A stretch of DNA of 64,000 nt from Chitinivibrionales bacterium (GTDB lineage Bacteria > Fibrobacterota > Chitinivibrionia > Chitinivibrionales > WJKA01): NCBI GenBank assembly GCA_038247415.1, contig JBBRUX010000002.1, positions 77,370-141,369 on the forward strand, read 5' to 3'. The stretch's first letter is position 1. Every line of letters starts with the position of its first letter. A program made the translations under genes and the position numbers. Below the pieces are notes generated by a model. The model saw nothing but the letters and a program-made list of their open reading frames with translations, made no database searches and was not told where the DNA came from. This document shows, piece after piece, positions 18,318 to 28,091 of this stretch.

Positions 18318-19490
18318 ATGCTTTTTAGGCCTATTATTTATAGTTTATCGATAATAGTGAGTCTAATTGGATTAATTGAGGCGTTGCCTTTATATGGGAG
18401 TTCAAGTAAACGTGGGCTCCCATTTTTATTGTACCAAAATGCAGCATTACTAGCGAATCAAAATGGCACAACAGGTGGATTGTCTTTACTTCTTAATAAT
18501 ACCGAAGTAGAAAAAATGCAGATAGGAATATCTTCACAACAAGGAACTAATGGTTTTGGGTTAGGTTATATATTTTCTGATTCTACAAAACATTGTATAT
18601 CAACGGGATTTGGAAAACAACTAGTAGCGTTTTTTTATGGTGGAGCATTAAGTGTTATTATTGACAAAAGTAATATAGGATCATCTATAGATGCGTATGG
18701 TACCGCCATAATAGGAGAAAAAAACTATTTAGCAGGATCGCTAAAAAATATTCTCCCCTTTGATACAAGTATAACAAAACATCCTTCAGAGATTGGCATT
18801 TCTTCGTTTGGAATTATTGGCGAAATTCTTGACTTGGGATATCTATTTACTATTAGAGGGATAGCATACGATTTTCCTACAAAACAATTTGGTTTTGGGA
18901 TCTCTGCAGAAATGGATCGAGAATTTTTAAAAAATCCAACAATTGCAATAAATATTGGTGGTGAATTAGAGTATACGGCAAAAAAAGAAATGGATGTAAC
19001 TCTTTTTGGAGGGATTCTTCTTTCTGTAAGCGCAGGATCGACGAGAAGTTCTTTGGCCGCAGGAACAGTATATGATCCCGTGGTAATGAAACAAAAAACG
19101 TTTGGGGGAATTTCTTTTTCACCCAATAGTATAACAAAAGAATCATTACCAAAACTAGAAATCAAAATTTCAAAAAAAATATTTTCGCCTAACGGCGATG
19201 GAACAGATGACAATATAGGAATAAACATTCTTATTAATAAAATCGATCGAAAACAAGAATTATCGTCTTGGACTATTCTTATTTCTTCAGACCCCGATGA
19301 TCCACAAAAAGTAATCAAAATTTTTTCCGGCGGATCTTTACCCCCAGCAACTATTTGGTGGGATGGTCGCAATTCAAAAAATTTGCTGCAAAATCCAGGA
19401 CAATATTTTATTCGTCTTGTATGTTTGGATAAAAAAGGCGATTCGTGCATGACACCATGGGAACAAGTTATTATGACAGGAAATCAATGA
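18318..19490 (+). CDS. Putative outer-membrane protein with C-terminal FlgD-Ig/CHU_C-like domain
   Basis: Signal peptide and Gly/aromatic beta-strand pattern. FSPNGDGTDD, WWDGRNSK..LQNPGQYFIRL. Confidence 0.65.
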   Translation: MLFRPIIYSLSIIVSLIGLIEALPLYGSSSKRGLPFLLYQNAALLANQNGTTGGLSLLLNNTEVEKMQIGISSQQGTNGFGLGYIFSDSTKHCISTGFGKQLVAFFYGGALSVIIDKSNIGSSIDAYGTAIIGEKNYLAGSLKNILPFDTSITKHPSEIGISSFGIIGEILDLGYLFTIRGIAYDFPTKQFGFGISAEMDREFLKNPTIAINIGGELEYTAKKEMDVTLFGGILLSVSAGSTRSSLAAGTVYDPVVMKQKTFGGISFSPNSITKESLPKLEIKISKKIFSPNGDGTDDNIGINILINKIDRKQELSSWTILISSDPDDPQKVIKIFSGGSLPPATIWWDGRNSKNLLQNPGQYFIRLVCLDKKGDSCMTPWEQVIMTGNQ

Positions 19491-19644
19491 CCCCCCCCAA
19501 AAAAACGCTATTCATTAAGGGCAATATTAATTTATAGAGTTCTTAAATACCTTTTGTATAATTATTATATATCTAACGTTAATGCATAAAACAACTCCAG
19601 AAAATGCGGTCCTTCTATAAAACAAAAACCGTTGAGGAATAAAC

Positions 19645-20223
19645 ATGCATCAATTTGAAAAGGGAACACTGCTAGAAAAAAGAAATTTTCAAGTGGAACC
19701 ATTGCCATTAAAAGAATATTCAGATTTCATTTTTAAAGATTGCGATTTTTCAAATGCGCAATTTTCTAATATAATTTTTGAAGATTGCGTATTTATTGGA
19801 TGTAACATGAGTTTAGCAAAAATTACTATGAGCTCATTTAGGGGATCGACATTTAAAGATTGCAAAATGCTTGGGTTGCGGTTTGATACGTGCAGTGAAT
19901 TTGGTCTGGTATTCTGTTTTGAAAAATGTATTCTCAATCATTCTTCATTTTTTAGAACAGCAATCAAAAAGACATCATTTAAGCACTGCTCCCTTAAAGA
20001 GGTTGATTTTACAGAGTGCATATTATCGGGAAGCTGCTTTGATGATTGTGATTTAATGAGAGCTGTTTTTGAACGATCGGCAATAGATTTTGTTGATTTT
20101 AGAACAGCCTACAACTATTCTATAAATTTGCAGCAGAATAAAAATAAAAAAGCGAAATTTGGACTATCGAGAATACGGGGTCTTTTGAATACGTATGATA
20201 TCGAAATTGATCCCGCTTTTTAA
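19645..20223 (+). CDS. Pentapeptide repeat protein (McbG/MfpA-like)
   Basis: Tandem 5-residue repeats (FKDCD FSNAQ FSNII FEDCV FIGCN). GAGG RBS. Confidence 0.92.
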   Translation: MHQFEKGTLLEKRNFQVEPLPLKEYSDFIFKDCDFSNAQFSNIIFEDCVFIGCNMSLAKITMSSFRGSTFKDCKMLGLRFDTCSEFGLVFCFEKCILNHSSFFRTAIKKTSFKHCSLKEVDFTECILSGSCFDDCDLMRAVFERSAIDFVDFRTAYNYSINLQQNKNKKAKFGLSRIRGLLNTYDIEIDPAF

Positions 20224-20325
20224 TTCCAAAACTTTCTGGTTACCGTAATAAAAAATGCATTAACAATACGTGCTTGAGGTATTTTAAGGGTATCGTAGGA
20301 ATATGTTTCTCTCTATCCGAGTTAA

Positions 20326-21756
20326 ATGGATTTTTTTATGCATGATGAAATTATCGAACATTTGCGAATAGAGCCACTCACCTCACGAGAAATTGCAGAA
20401 AAATTTTTACGGTTTAAGAATCCACCCCAAGCATTAGCACATGCGGCGGTATGTGGTATTTTACAAAAAGATTCACGCTGTTTTGTAAATGATTTGGGTT
20501 TATGGGAAGCACAACAAACCAAAGAGACCCAAACGGGTCAGCGCTTAGGAGTGGTCCCATTTGTTATTGTTAATCTAACAAGCGATCCTGGTAATGCGCG
20601 TCGGATCGTACATATTTCTATATGGAAAATTTCTCCAGAAATAGAGTGCCTTCTTAGTGCGTGGTTATCCGATCCATCACTTCTTCCTCTTGACGAACAA
20701 GATTTAGCTCGTGACGGGTTGGATCGTGTATGGAATCCTGACGCCAGCGACCAAACATACTCGGATAGTGCAGAAATTCTGGTTGCATATGTTCCTATTT
20801 TTATCGGCGCAACGCAGCAAGCACAGTTCGCATGGATATGTGCAGAGCGGGGTGAAATAATCAATGACACCGGATGGCTCTTATCTCATTTCTTGCGGTG
20901 CTGTACTATTTCGGTTCCCCGGCCCATTACGCTTGACGAATGCTATAAGACCGTTTTTGGAAGATTTCCCCGCGCGACGTCGGTTGCACGCAAGGGTGAG
21001 CAAGCCGCCGAAATAATTGCAGAGGGAATTCGCCTCCTTGCGTTTCGCGCAATTGAGACACTCCAGGATTTTATTGCTGCACAGGAAAAAATTCCGATCA
21101 GCATAGATTTTTCTGCCAAAGCTTTTTCTCTTGAGGATATTAAGAATGTTCCTCGGCTGCCGGGGGTGTACGCATTTTTAGATACGGCATCTACCTATAT
21201 CTACATTGGAAAATCTAAAAATTTAAGAGCGAGAGTGTTGGGATATTTTGCCGATTCCGACGAATCGCCGGTGAAACTGCAGCGTCTACGGGAAGAGTCG
21301 CATTCATTTAAAACCCATGTTTGTGGATCTGATTTAGAGAGCATTATTACCGAATTTCGTCTTATTCAAAAGCATGCGCCAACACTCAATAAGCAAGCAA
21401 CGGTTAATGAACGTCGGGGGCAATTTACTCCTATTGACGATTGCATTGTGGTATTACCGTGCACCGATTCGGCCAAGTGTTTGGGGCTGTGGTATCGAAA
21501 AAACCAAAAGATTAAAATCAGATACGTACAGGGTGATGAAAGCGATAGTGAAGATGTTTGTAAAGAACTTGAAGAGTTTTTTTTATTAGATAAATTACCG
21601 GCAGCCAGTACTGACTTTTCTTTGCAGGAGCTTGTAACGCGATACATAAAACGGCATGCACAGGATCTGGAAATTATTCCGGTGCATAGAATGGCAGATG
21701 CAAAAGAAATGTATGAGGCCACGATGATCTCCTATAAAGAAGCCAGTGGCGAGTAG
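20326..21756 (+). CDS. GIY-YIG (UvrC/Cho-like) nuclease domain protein
   Basis: VPRLPGVYAF......IYIGKSKNLRARVLGYF and E..LIQKHAPTLN. N-terminal region resembles a degenerate DEDDh domain. Confidence 0.8.
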   Translation: MDFFMHDEIIEHLRIEPLTSREIAEKFLRFKNPPQALAHAAVCGILQKDSRCFVNDLGLWEAQQTKETQTGQRLGVVPFVIVNLTSDPGNARRIVHISIWKISPEIECLLSAWLSDPSLLPLDEQDLARDGLDRVWNPDASDQTYSDSAEILVAYVPIFIGATQQAQFAWICAERGEIINDTGWLLSHFLRCCTISVPRPITLDECYKTVFGRFPRATSVARKGEQAAEIIAEGIRLLAFRAIETLQDFIAAQEKIPISIDFSAKAFSLEDIKNVPRLPGVYAFLDTASTYIYIGKSKNLRARVLGYFADSDESPVKLQRLREESHSFKTHVCGSDLESIITEFRLIQKHAPTLNKQATVNERRGQFTPIDDCIVVLPCTDSAKCLGLWYRKNQKIKIRYVQGDESDSEDVCKELEEFFLLDKLPAASTDFSLQELVTRYIKRHAQDLEIIPVHRMADAKEMYEATMISYKEASGE

Positions 21757-21762
21757 TAAAAC

Positions 21763-23145
21763 TTACAGGATTAAATTGGCAAGGTCTGCGATGTTTTTGC
21801 ACATGACAAGCACTGTGCCTTCTGGTGCGGCTGTCCAATCGGCTTTTTTTTGAGGTTTGGGAACAATGCATCGTTTAATGCCCAAATGAGCGCATTCGCG
21901 AATACGGGCAAGCATATTATTGACAGGACGCACTTCTCCGCCAAGGCCAATTTCTCCAATAAAAGCAGTGCCAAGTTCAAGTGGCCGGTTGCGAAAAGAA
22001 GAAAGCACCGCAGCACAGATTCCTAAATCAATAGCAGGTTCCGAGACTGATAATCCACCAGCAATATTAAAGAAAATATCATGATCACCCATCATGATTC
22101 CGCCATATCGTTCTAGCACTGCAATAAGTAACGAAAGCTTTTTTGGCGCAATTCCCGAAGCAACACGTTGCGGCAAACCAAAATGGGATTTATTGACTAA
22201 CGATTGAAGCTCAACGACTAACACACGCGTTCCTTCAAGAACTGGAGTTATGGCTGTACCTACTTGTGGAATACTTCTATTATGAAGAAATAATTCTGAT
22301 GGGTTGACTACTTCCTGTAAACCAATATCGGACATGGCAAAAATAGCAATTTCTCCCGATGGCCCAAAACGGTTTTTTACGGCCCGAACAATACGATACT
22401 GATAATGAGATTCGCCTTCGAAATAAAGCACCGTATCAACCAGATGTTCGAGGAGTCGAGGGCCTGCAATAGCTCCATCTTTGGTAACATGTCCAACAAG
22501 AATTATGGCACAGCCATTTTGTTTGGCAAATTGCAAAAGAACCGAAGCGCTTTCGCGAACTTGACCAACCGAACCCGGGGTTGATTCGAGTCCTTCGCAA
22601 AACATGGTCTGAATGGAATCTACAACAACGACATCGGGGTGTATATCGTGAAGTTTTCCCACAATTGCATCTATTGACGTTTCGGCAAGAACCAGGAGAT
22701 GAGGCGCACTAATATGCATTCGTTGCGCGCGAAGCGAAACCTGCTGTAAAGATTCCTCACCCGTAATATAAACAGCCTTTAAAGCATTTTGAGCGAAGGT
22801 TCCCATGAGTTGAAGCAGGAGTGTTGATTTACCAATACCCGGATCTCCACCAAGGAGCACAAGAGAACCCGAAACCAAACCGCCGCCTAAAACGCGATCC
22901 ATTTCGGGGAAGGTACTTTTTAATCGAGAATATGATTGAGGGGCACATTCGGAAAGAGGCGTTGCTATTGCCCCACTGGAGATAGAAGAAAATGCAGAAA
23001 CGGTACGCGAACTCTTAGTAGAACCGATGCGAAACTCGGTTATACAATTCCAAGCTCCGCATCCATCACATTTACCTTGCCAACGGCCATATTCCTGACC
23101 GCATTGGTTGCAAACATAGGCAGTTTTTGCTTTTTTTGAATTCAC
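21763..23145 (-). CDS. radA: DNA repair protein RadA/Sms
   Basis: C4 Zn ribbon, GGDPGIGKSTL, VDSIQT, GHVTKDG, KNRFG, Lon-like C-terminus. Confidence 0.98.
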   Translation of the reverse strand: MNSKKAKTAYVCNQCGQEYGRWQGKCDGCGAWNCITEFRIGSTKSSRTVSAFSSISSGAIATPLSECAPQSYSRLKSTFPEMDRVLGGGLVSGSLVLLGGDPGIGKSTLLLQLMGTFAQNALKAVYITGEESLQQVSLRAQRMHISAPHLLVLAETSIDAIVGKLHDIHPDVVVVDSIQTMFCEGLESTPGSVGQVRESASVLLQFAKQNGCAIILVGHVTKDGAIAGPRLLEHLVDTVLYFEGESHYQYRIVRAVKNRFGPSGEIAIFAMSDIGLQEVVNPSELFLHNRSIPQVGTAITPVLEGTRVLVVELQSLVNKSHFGLPQRVASGIAPKKLSLLIAVLERYGGIMMGDHDIFFNIAGGLSVSEPAIDLGICAAVLSSFRNRPLELGTAFIGEIGLGGEVRPVNNMLARIRECAHLGIKRCIVPKPQKKADWTAAPEGTVLVMCKNIADLANLIL

Positions 23146-24651
23146 TTATCGTCTTTCGAAACCCTTTGATGGACCTTTGTCCCGTGATACGCTTCTTTTC
23201 TTAAAATATGAGGAAGCACCGCCGCTGCTACTACGTTCACCACTTCGTTCTCCTCCGCGGTCGCTTCGACCAGGACGATCGGCAGATCTAACGTATCCTG
23301 AAGAGGCTCGTGGTGGTGGAGCTGGTCGTTCGGTTCTTACTTCAACAGGTGGAATTGGCGCATGCATTTTAAGCAGCGCTGCAGCAATATCCATTGGTGT
23401 GTGAGCATCGCCACAGATTTGATCGACCATATCGATATAGGGTGTAAGATGACCAAGTTTAATCGTGTCACGAATTTTGTCAAAGAGCCGAGTGGATGTC
23501 ATATTATGAACATCGGTTTGTGTTGGCACTTTTTGGCGATGAACCGTTGTTCGGGCAAAGCGTTCGATGCTTTTGAGTTTGTAAATATCGCGGCCGCACA
23601 CAAGTGAAATTGCTAAACCATCTTTTCCTGCTCTGCCGGTGCGACCAATACGGTGCACATAATCTTCTTCGTCTTGTGGTAAGTCGTAGTTAAAAACGAC
23701 ATCGATATTTTCTACATCGATACCTCTTCCTGCAACATCTGAGGCTGCAAGCAATTGAACACCACCCGCGCGAAATGAGTTCATAACTCTGTCACGCAGT
23801 GCTTGACGCATGTCTCCATGAAGGCCATCTACAGCATATCCGCGCGCTTGCAACTGGGTAACTAATTCGTCTACCATGCGGCGAGTATTGCAGAATATGA
23901 TACCGCGCTTGACAGAGTATAAATCGATGCACCGACACAAAATATCCGTTTTAAGACGGTATTCGATATCGAAATACATTTGACGAACCGAAGAAACAGT
24001 CATTTCGCTGCTGGCAATAGTGACTGTTTGTGGATCATTCATGAATTTATTGATCATGGTGCGAATATAAGCTGGAAGCGTGGCCGAGAAGAAAGCCTTA
24101 ACCGGAGAGCTCTCCAAGTGTGTCATGATATTGACAATATCGTCGGAAAATCCCATGTCAAGCATTTCATCGGCTTCATCGAGAACAAGGCTTGTTACAC
24201 CTGCAAGCGAAAGTGTTTTGCGCTCGAGATGGTCGAGTATGCGTCCGGGAGTTCCAATAACAATATGAACACCACGGCGAAGCATATCGATTTGTCGTTC
24301 GATGGGTTGTCCACCATACACAGGAAGAACATGTATTTGTTTACGATACTGAAGAAGTCGGGCGCACTCTCCTGCTACTTGCACCGCAAGTTCGCGCGTT
24401 GGACAAAGAACAAGCGCCTGAACGCCTTTCTTTTTAGGATCGATGCGTTCGATAAGTGGAATGGCAAATGCTGCGGTTTTTCCCGAGCCCGTTTCAGATT
24501 GAGCAACAACATCCTTGCCTGCCATAAAAAGCGGAATAACACCAGCTTGGATGGGGGTAGCTTTTTCGAATCCCATATCAGCAACTGCGCGTTTGATGTC
24601 GGTTGAAATTGGCATGTCAGAAAAGAGAATTTGAGACATAGTATCCTTCAC
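23146..24651 (-). CDS. DEAD-box RNA helicase (DeaD/CshA-like)
   Basis: Q motif, TGSGKT, PTRELA, TPGR, DEAD, SAT, HRIGRTGR. Alternative ATG start at 24639. Confidence 0.95.
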   Translation of the reverse strand: MKDTMSQILFSDMPISTDIKRAVADMGFEKATPIQAGVIPLFMAGKDVVAQSETGSGKTAAFAIPLIERIDPKKKGVQALVLCPTRELAVQVAGECARLLQYRKQIHVLPVYGGQPIERQIDMLRRGVHIVIGTPGRILDHLERKTLSLAGVTSLVLDEADEMLDMGFSDDIVNIMTHLESSPVKAFFSATLPAYIRTMINKFMNDPQTVTIASSEMTVSSVRQMYFDIEYRLKTDILCRCIDLYSVKRGIIFCNTRRMVDELVTQLQARGYAVDGLHGDMRQALRDRVMNSFRAGGVQLLAASDVAGRGIDVENIDVVFNYDLPQDEEDYVHRIGRTGRAGKDGLAISLVCGRDIYKLKSIERFARTTVHRQKVPTQTDVHNMTSTRLFDKIRDTIKLGHLTPYIDMVDQICGDAHTPMDIAAALLKMHAPIPPVEVRTERPAPPPRASSGYVRSADRPGRSDRGGERSGERSSSGGASSYFKKRSVSRDKGPSKGFERR

Positions 24652-24893
24652 AGAAAAAATTAATAGATATAGATCGTACTAATTATACATCATTTCTGGT
24701 AAAGTGCCTAAAAATACCAATATATATATTAAGCCGCAATGGGGAACAAAAAATTTAAAATACAAAAAGCATCATGAAACAGAAGTAAGGATACTGCTAA
24801 AATCGACTTAAAGTATACTAATATTCTGGTGAGGTCGAAAAAGCATTGTATTCACAATTGAGATTATCAAAAATGGTAATTGCAGAGCGCGGG

Positions 24894-25622
24894 CTAGTAG
24901 TTAACCCGTTGATTTCCTGTAAAATGCAAAGAAAATCCCAGATAAAAATCAAGTCGGTCGAGATTAAGTGGGCTAATGAGATCTGCCTCAAATTCATTAT
25001 ACGCAACCTTTGTTGTGTGCGCACTATAAAAGCGAGCTCCCGTCTCAATCGAAAAAATAGATGAAAGCATATAATCTATTGATAGTCCAAAACTTACACA
25101 AGGCATGAGAGCACGGTATTCATTTAATGAAAATCGTTGAATTGATTGACTAAAAAAGAAAAGGAAGCCAATTCCAATATCCGGATAGAACACAAACTGA
25201 GTATTTCGAGGGGCAATGCGTGCGCTTAAAAAACTACCTAAAAAATAAAGCCCGGTAAATTGAGAAAAATATCCAGAAAAAGTATCTATGGGGGAACGCG
25301 AAGTATCGATATAGGTGGAACTATAATTTTTTATGCCTGTGGAAAATTTGCAAAAAAGAAGTTCTGCTCCAAGGGGAAGGGCCTGGCCATAGAGTGCATA
25401 GGATGCAAGGAGTGCATTTCCACCAGAACTTTGCTTAAAGAATGAAGTACCAGTGGCAACAGAAAGCTTTTGATGTGTTGATTGCTCATAAGAAATTACC
25501 CTAATTGAGCTCGAATCTATAAGGGTGTCGTTGCGGATTGATTCAATATGGTTTTCGAAATCTGCAGAACCGGGGTAGTGCAGGGTAGCACATAAAAAAA
25601 AGATTCGAAGTTGATAATTCAT
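24894..25622 (-). CDS. Hypothetical protein, possible outer-membrane beta-barrel
   Basis: Signal-like N-terminus and alternating aromatic/Gly strands ending FYLGFSLHF. Confidence 0.55.
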   Translation of the reverse strand: MNYQLRIFFLCATLHYPGSADFENHIESIRNDTLIDSSSIRVISYEQSTHQKLSVATGTSFFKQSSGGNALLASYALYGQALPLGAELLFCKFSTGIKNYSSTYIDTSRSPIDTFSGYFSQFTGLYFLGSFLSARIAPRNTQFVFYPDIGIGFLFFFSQSIQRFSLNEYRALMPCVSFGLSIDYMLSSIFSIETGARFYSAHTTKVAYNEFEADLISPLNLDRLDFYLGFSLHFTGNQRVNY

Positions 25623-25902
25623 GGTAGATGCTGCACTTTTAATGAGTTATGCACATAAAAAAGGTAAAAAGAGAGCCCATTTTTTAATATACACATTAAA
25701 GATCAAAAAGAATAAGTATAACCTTTTGAAAGTCTTGTAACTGCATAAATAATGAAATCTAAAGATTACAAGTAATGTAGAACAATAAGGTAGGGTAAAA
25801 GCACAAAAAATTCTGTATAATAATCTGTACAGCGTTAAGTATAAGGATTCTTTTAAGCCATGGAAAGTGTGGCACTTAAAATCCCGACAAAAAAGGAACA
25901 CA

Positions 25903-28083
25903 ATGAAATCAATAATTGTCATTATGTGCATGGTGATCGTTGCTATGAGCGTTTCGGGAAATGAGGTGATTCCTCGATGTATTGGCAATTTTGTTGTGGA
26001 TACGAACCTTAAAGATGTATCTCTACCGGAATTTTTGCGCATGCACAAGAAGCATGTAAACGATGCTGCAAAACCAATTCGTGTTTTGGCACTTATTGAT
26101 GCTAGATTTAATGCAGTAGATCTCGCGGCGTATGGCTGGCAGGAGTGTAATCGCATGGGGGATATTGCGGTTCTTATGGGAAACCCAGCCACGGCTGATT
26201 ATCTTGTGTCAATACCCGGAATTAGAACCATAAAAAAACCATCTAGGATTTATCCCTGTATGGATTCTGCGAGGGTACAATGCTCGATAAATGAGGTAGT
26301 AACTTATTCTGATAAAACAGGGTTGCCTAAAGCATTTTCTGGCAAGGGTGTACTGCTTGGCATGATGGATACCGAATTTGATACGCAGATTCCGGCATTT
26401 CTTGACTCTTTAGGAAAAACCAGATTTGTTGCAGTATGGGATCAGAATGATACAACCAAGGGATTTCCTAATAAATATGGGTATGGGGTTATTAAACGCG
26501 GTGCGGAACTTACGGCTAATCCCTGGTTTGGTACCACGGGGTCTGTTCATGGAACCATGATGACAAGTTATGCGGCTGGAAGCGAACCCACAGTGCCATA
26601 CGGTGGCGTGGCGCCTAAAGTGACGATTGCCGGCATGCAGTATACGCAAGATGACAATGATCTAATTACGGGGATGCAATGGCTTTTTGCTCTTGCCGAT
26701 TCTTTGAAAATGCCGTGTGTTGTCAATATGAGTATCGGTTCTGCATCCGGACCTCATGATGGAACATCGCTTATAGACAAAGCCATTGATACTTTGGCAC
26801 AAGCTGGTCATATTGTTGTGGGTGCAATGGGAAATGATGGCGCGGGCAAAATTCATGTTTCTTTTCCTGTGAGTCGAACCGATTCGGTTGGTAGCTGGTT
26901 TGTGAGTGAAGTGTCGGTAACAAATGGAATAACCAAAGGATATAGTGCGGTTGATTTATGGGGAGAAGCAGAAAAATCATTTTCTGCAACCTGGTATATA
27001 GTTAATGCTCAAACGAAACAATACCAGAAAGCCCGAAATGCGATTTCAACGCAAATAGCGGGTCAGTATAAGCCTCAAACAATAGTCTTTGGAACCGATT
27101 CGGTTGTTTTAGAAATTGCAGCCGAAAGAACCAGTATTCTTAATAGAAAACCCCATATGCAAGCTGCACTTACAACACATAAAGCCGATATCTATCTTGG
27201 ATGCATCATTGTGGGTTTATCAACAACTACAACTACCGTGAATGGTTGGAATGTCATGAAAAAGCCATGCATAAGTCTTGATATTGCAGGATTCAAAAAT
27301 GGAGATAGTATATCAAGCGTAGCTGAAATTGGCGGAACGGGAAAAAAGACGATTTCGGTAAGTTCATATACGAGTAAATCAAATTACACGCTATGGAATG
27401 GAACCCCAGGAGGGAATGCGAGTCCGTATCATGGTCTGGTTGGTTTTGGCGGATATGGGCCAACACTTGACGGTCGCATTAAACCGGATATTGTGGCGCC
27501 TGGAGCGTGGGTAACCGGAGCACTCGGAAGAAAATACACCGATCAAACATATATTGTAATGTGGAATAATTATCCCGACATTCTTTCTCGCTATGCTGTC
27601 AATGGAGGAACCTCTATATCTGCTCCTATCGTTTCTGGGGCTGTTGCTCTTATGCTGGAAGCTAAGCCCGATCTAACGCCCGATCAGGTGCGAACAATTC
27701 TTATACAAACAGCGCATACCGACGAATTTACAGGTACAATAAGCACCCCCAATAACGCATGGGGTGGAGGAAAGTTAAATGTTTTGGGAGCGCTTCAAAA
27801 ACTCGTGGGACAACCGGTTTATGCTGACAAAGGGATAGAACGAGTCAACATTGTTAAGGGCGTATTTCTTCAAAAGTTATCGGCAAACACCTTTCGTATT
27901 GTGGGTTCAGAAATGGTACTTAAAAATGCGCATGTTGATATGTATTCTGCAGATGGACGAATGCTAAAACAGTATCAAAGATTAGGTGCGAAAGCGTTAC
28001 TGGTATGCGACAAAAAGGGTGTAGTATTTATTCGCGTGCAGAGTGGGGCTTTTAGGGAAGTTTTCAAAAGAGAACTATTGTAG
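25903..28083 (+). CDS. Secreted S8 (subtilisin-like) serine peptidase with T9SS-like C-terminal domain
   Basis: Catalytic D (GMMDTEFD), H (HGT), oxyanion N (AMGNDG) and S (GTSISAP); KPDIVAPG. Signal peptide from ATG 25903. Confidence 0.92.
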   Translation: MKSIIVIMCMVIVAMSVSGNEVIPRCIGNFVVDTNLKDVSLPEFLRMHKKHVNDAAKPIRVLALIDARFNAVDLAAYGWQECNRMGDIAVLMGNPATADYLVSIPGIRTIKKPSRIYPCMDSARVQCSINEVVTYSDKTGLPKAFSGKGVLLGMMDTEFDTQIPAFLDSLGKTRFVAVWDQNDTTKGFPNKYGYGVIKRGAELTANPWFGTTGSVHGTMMTSYAAGSEPTVPYGGVAPKVTIAGMQYTQDDNDLITGMQWLFALADSLKMPCVVNMSIGSASGPHDGTSLIDKAIDTLAQAGHIVVGAMGNDGAGKIHVSFPVSRTDSVGSWFVSEVSVTNGITKGYSAVDLWGEAEKSFSATWYIVNAQTKQYQKARNAISTQIAGQYKPQTIVFGTDSVVLEIAAERTSILNRKPHMQAALTTHKADIYLGCIIVGLSTTTTTVNGWNVMKKPCISLDIAGFKNGDSISSVAEIGGTGKKTISVSSYTSKSNYTLWNGTPGGNASPYHGLVGFGGYGPTLDGRIKPDIVAPGAWVTGALGRKYTDQTYIVMWNNYPDILSRYAVNGGTSISAPIVSGAVALMLEAKPDLTPDQVRTILIQTAHTDEFTGTISTPNNAWGGGKLNVLGALQKLVGQPVYADKGIERVNIVKGVFLQKLSANTFRIVGSEMVLKNAHVDMYSADGRMLKQYQRLGAKALLVCDKKGVVFIRVQSGAFREVFKRELL

Positions 28084-28091
28084 GAATAGGG

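Noticed and set aside
18725..19450. 241-aa antisense ORF
   Set aside because: Shadow of the plus-strand gene 18318-19490; no motifs.
23980..24606. 208-aa antisense ORF
   Set aside because: Shadow of the conserved DEAD-box helicase.
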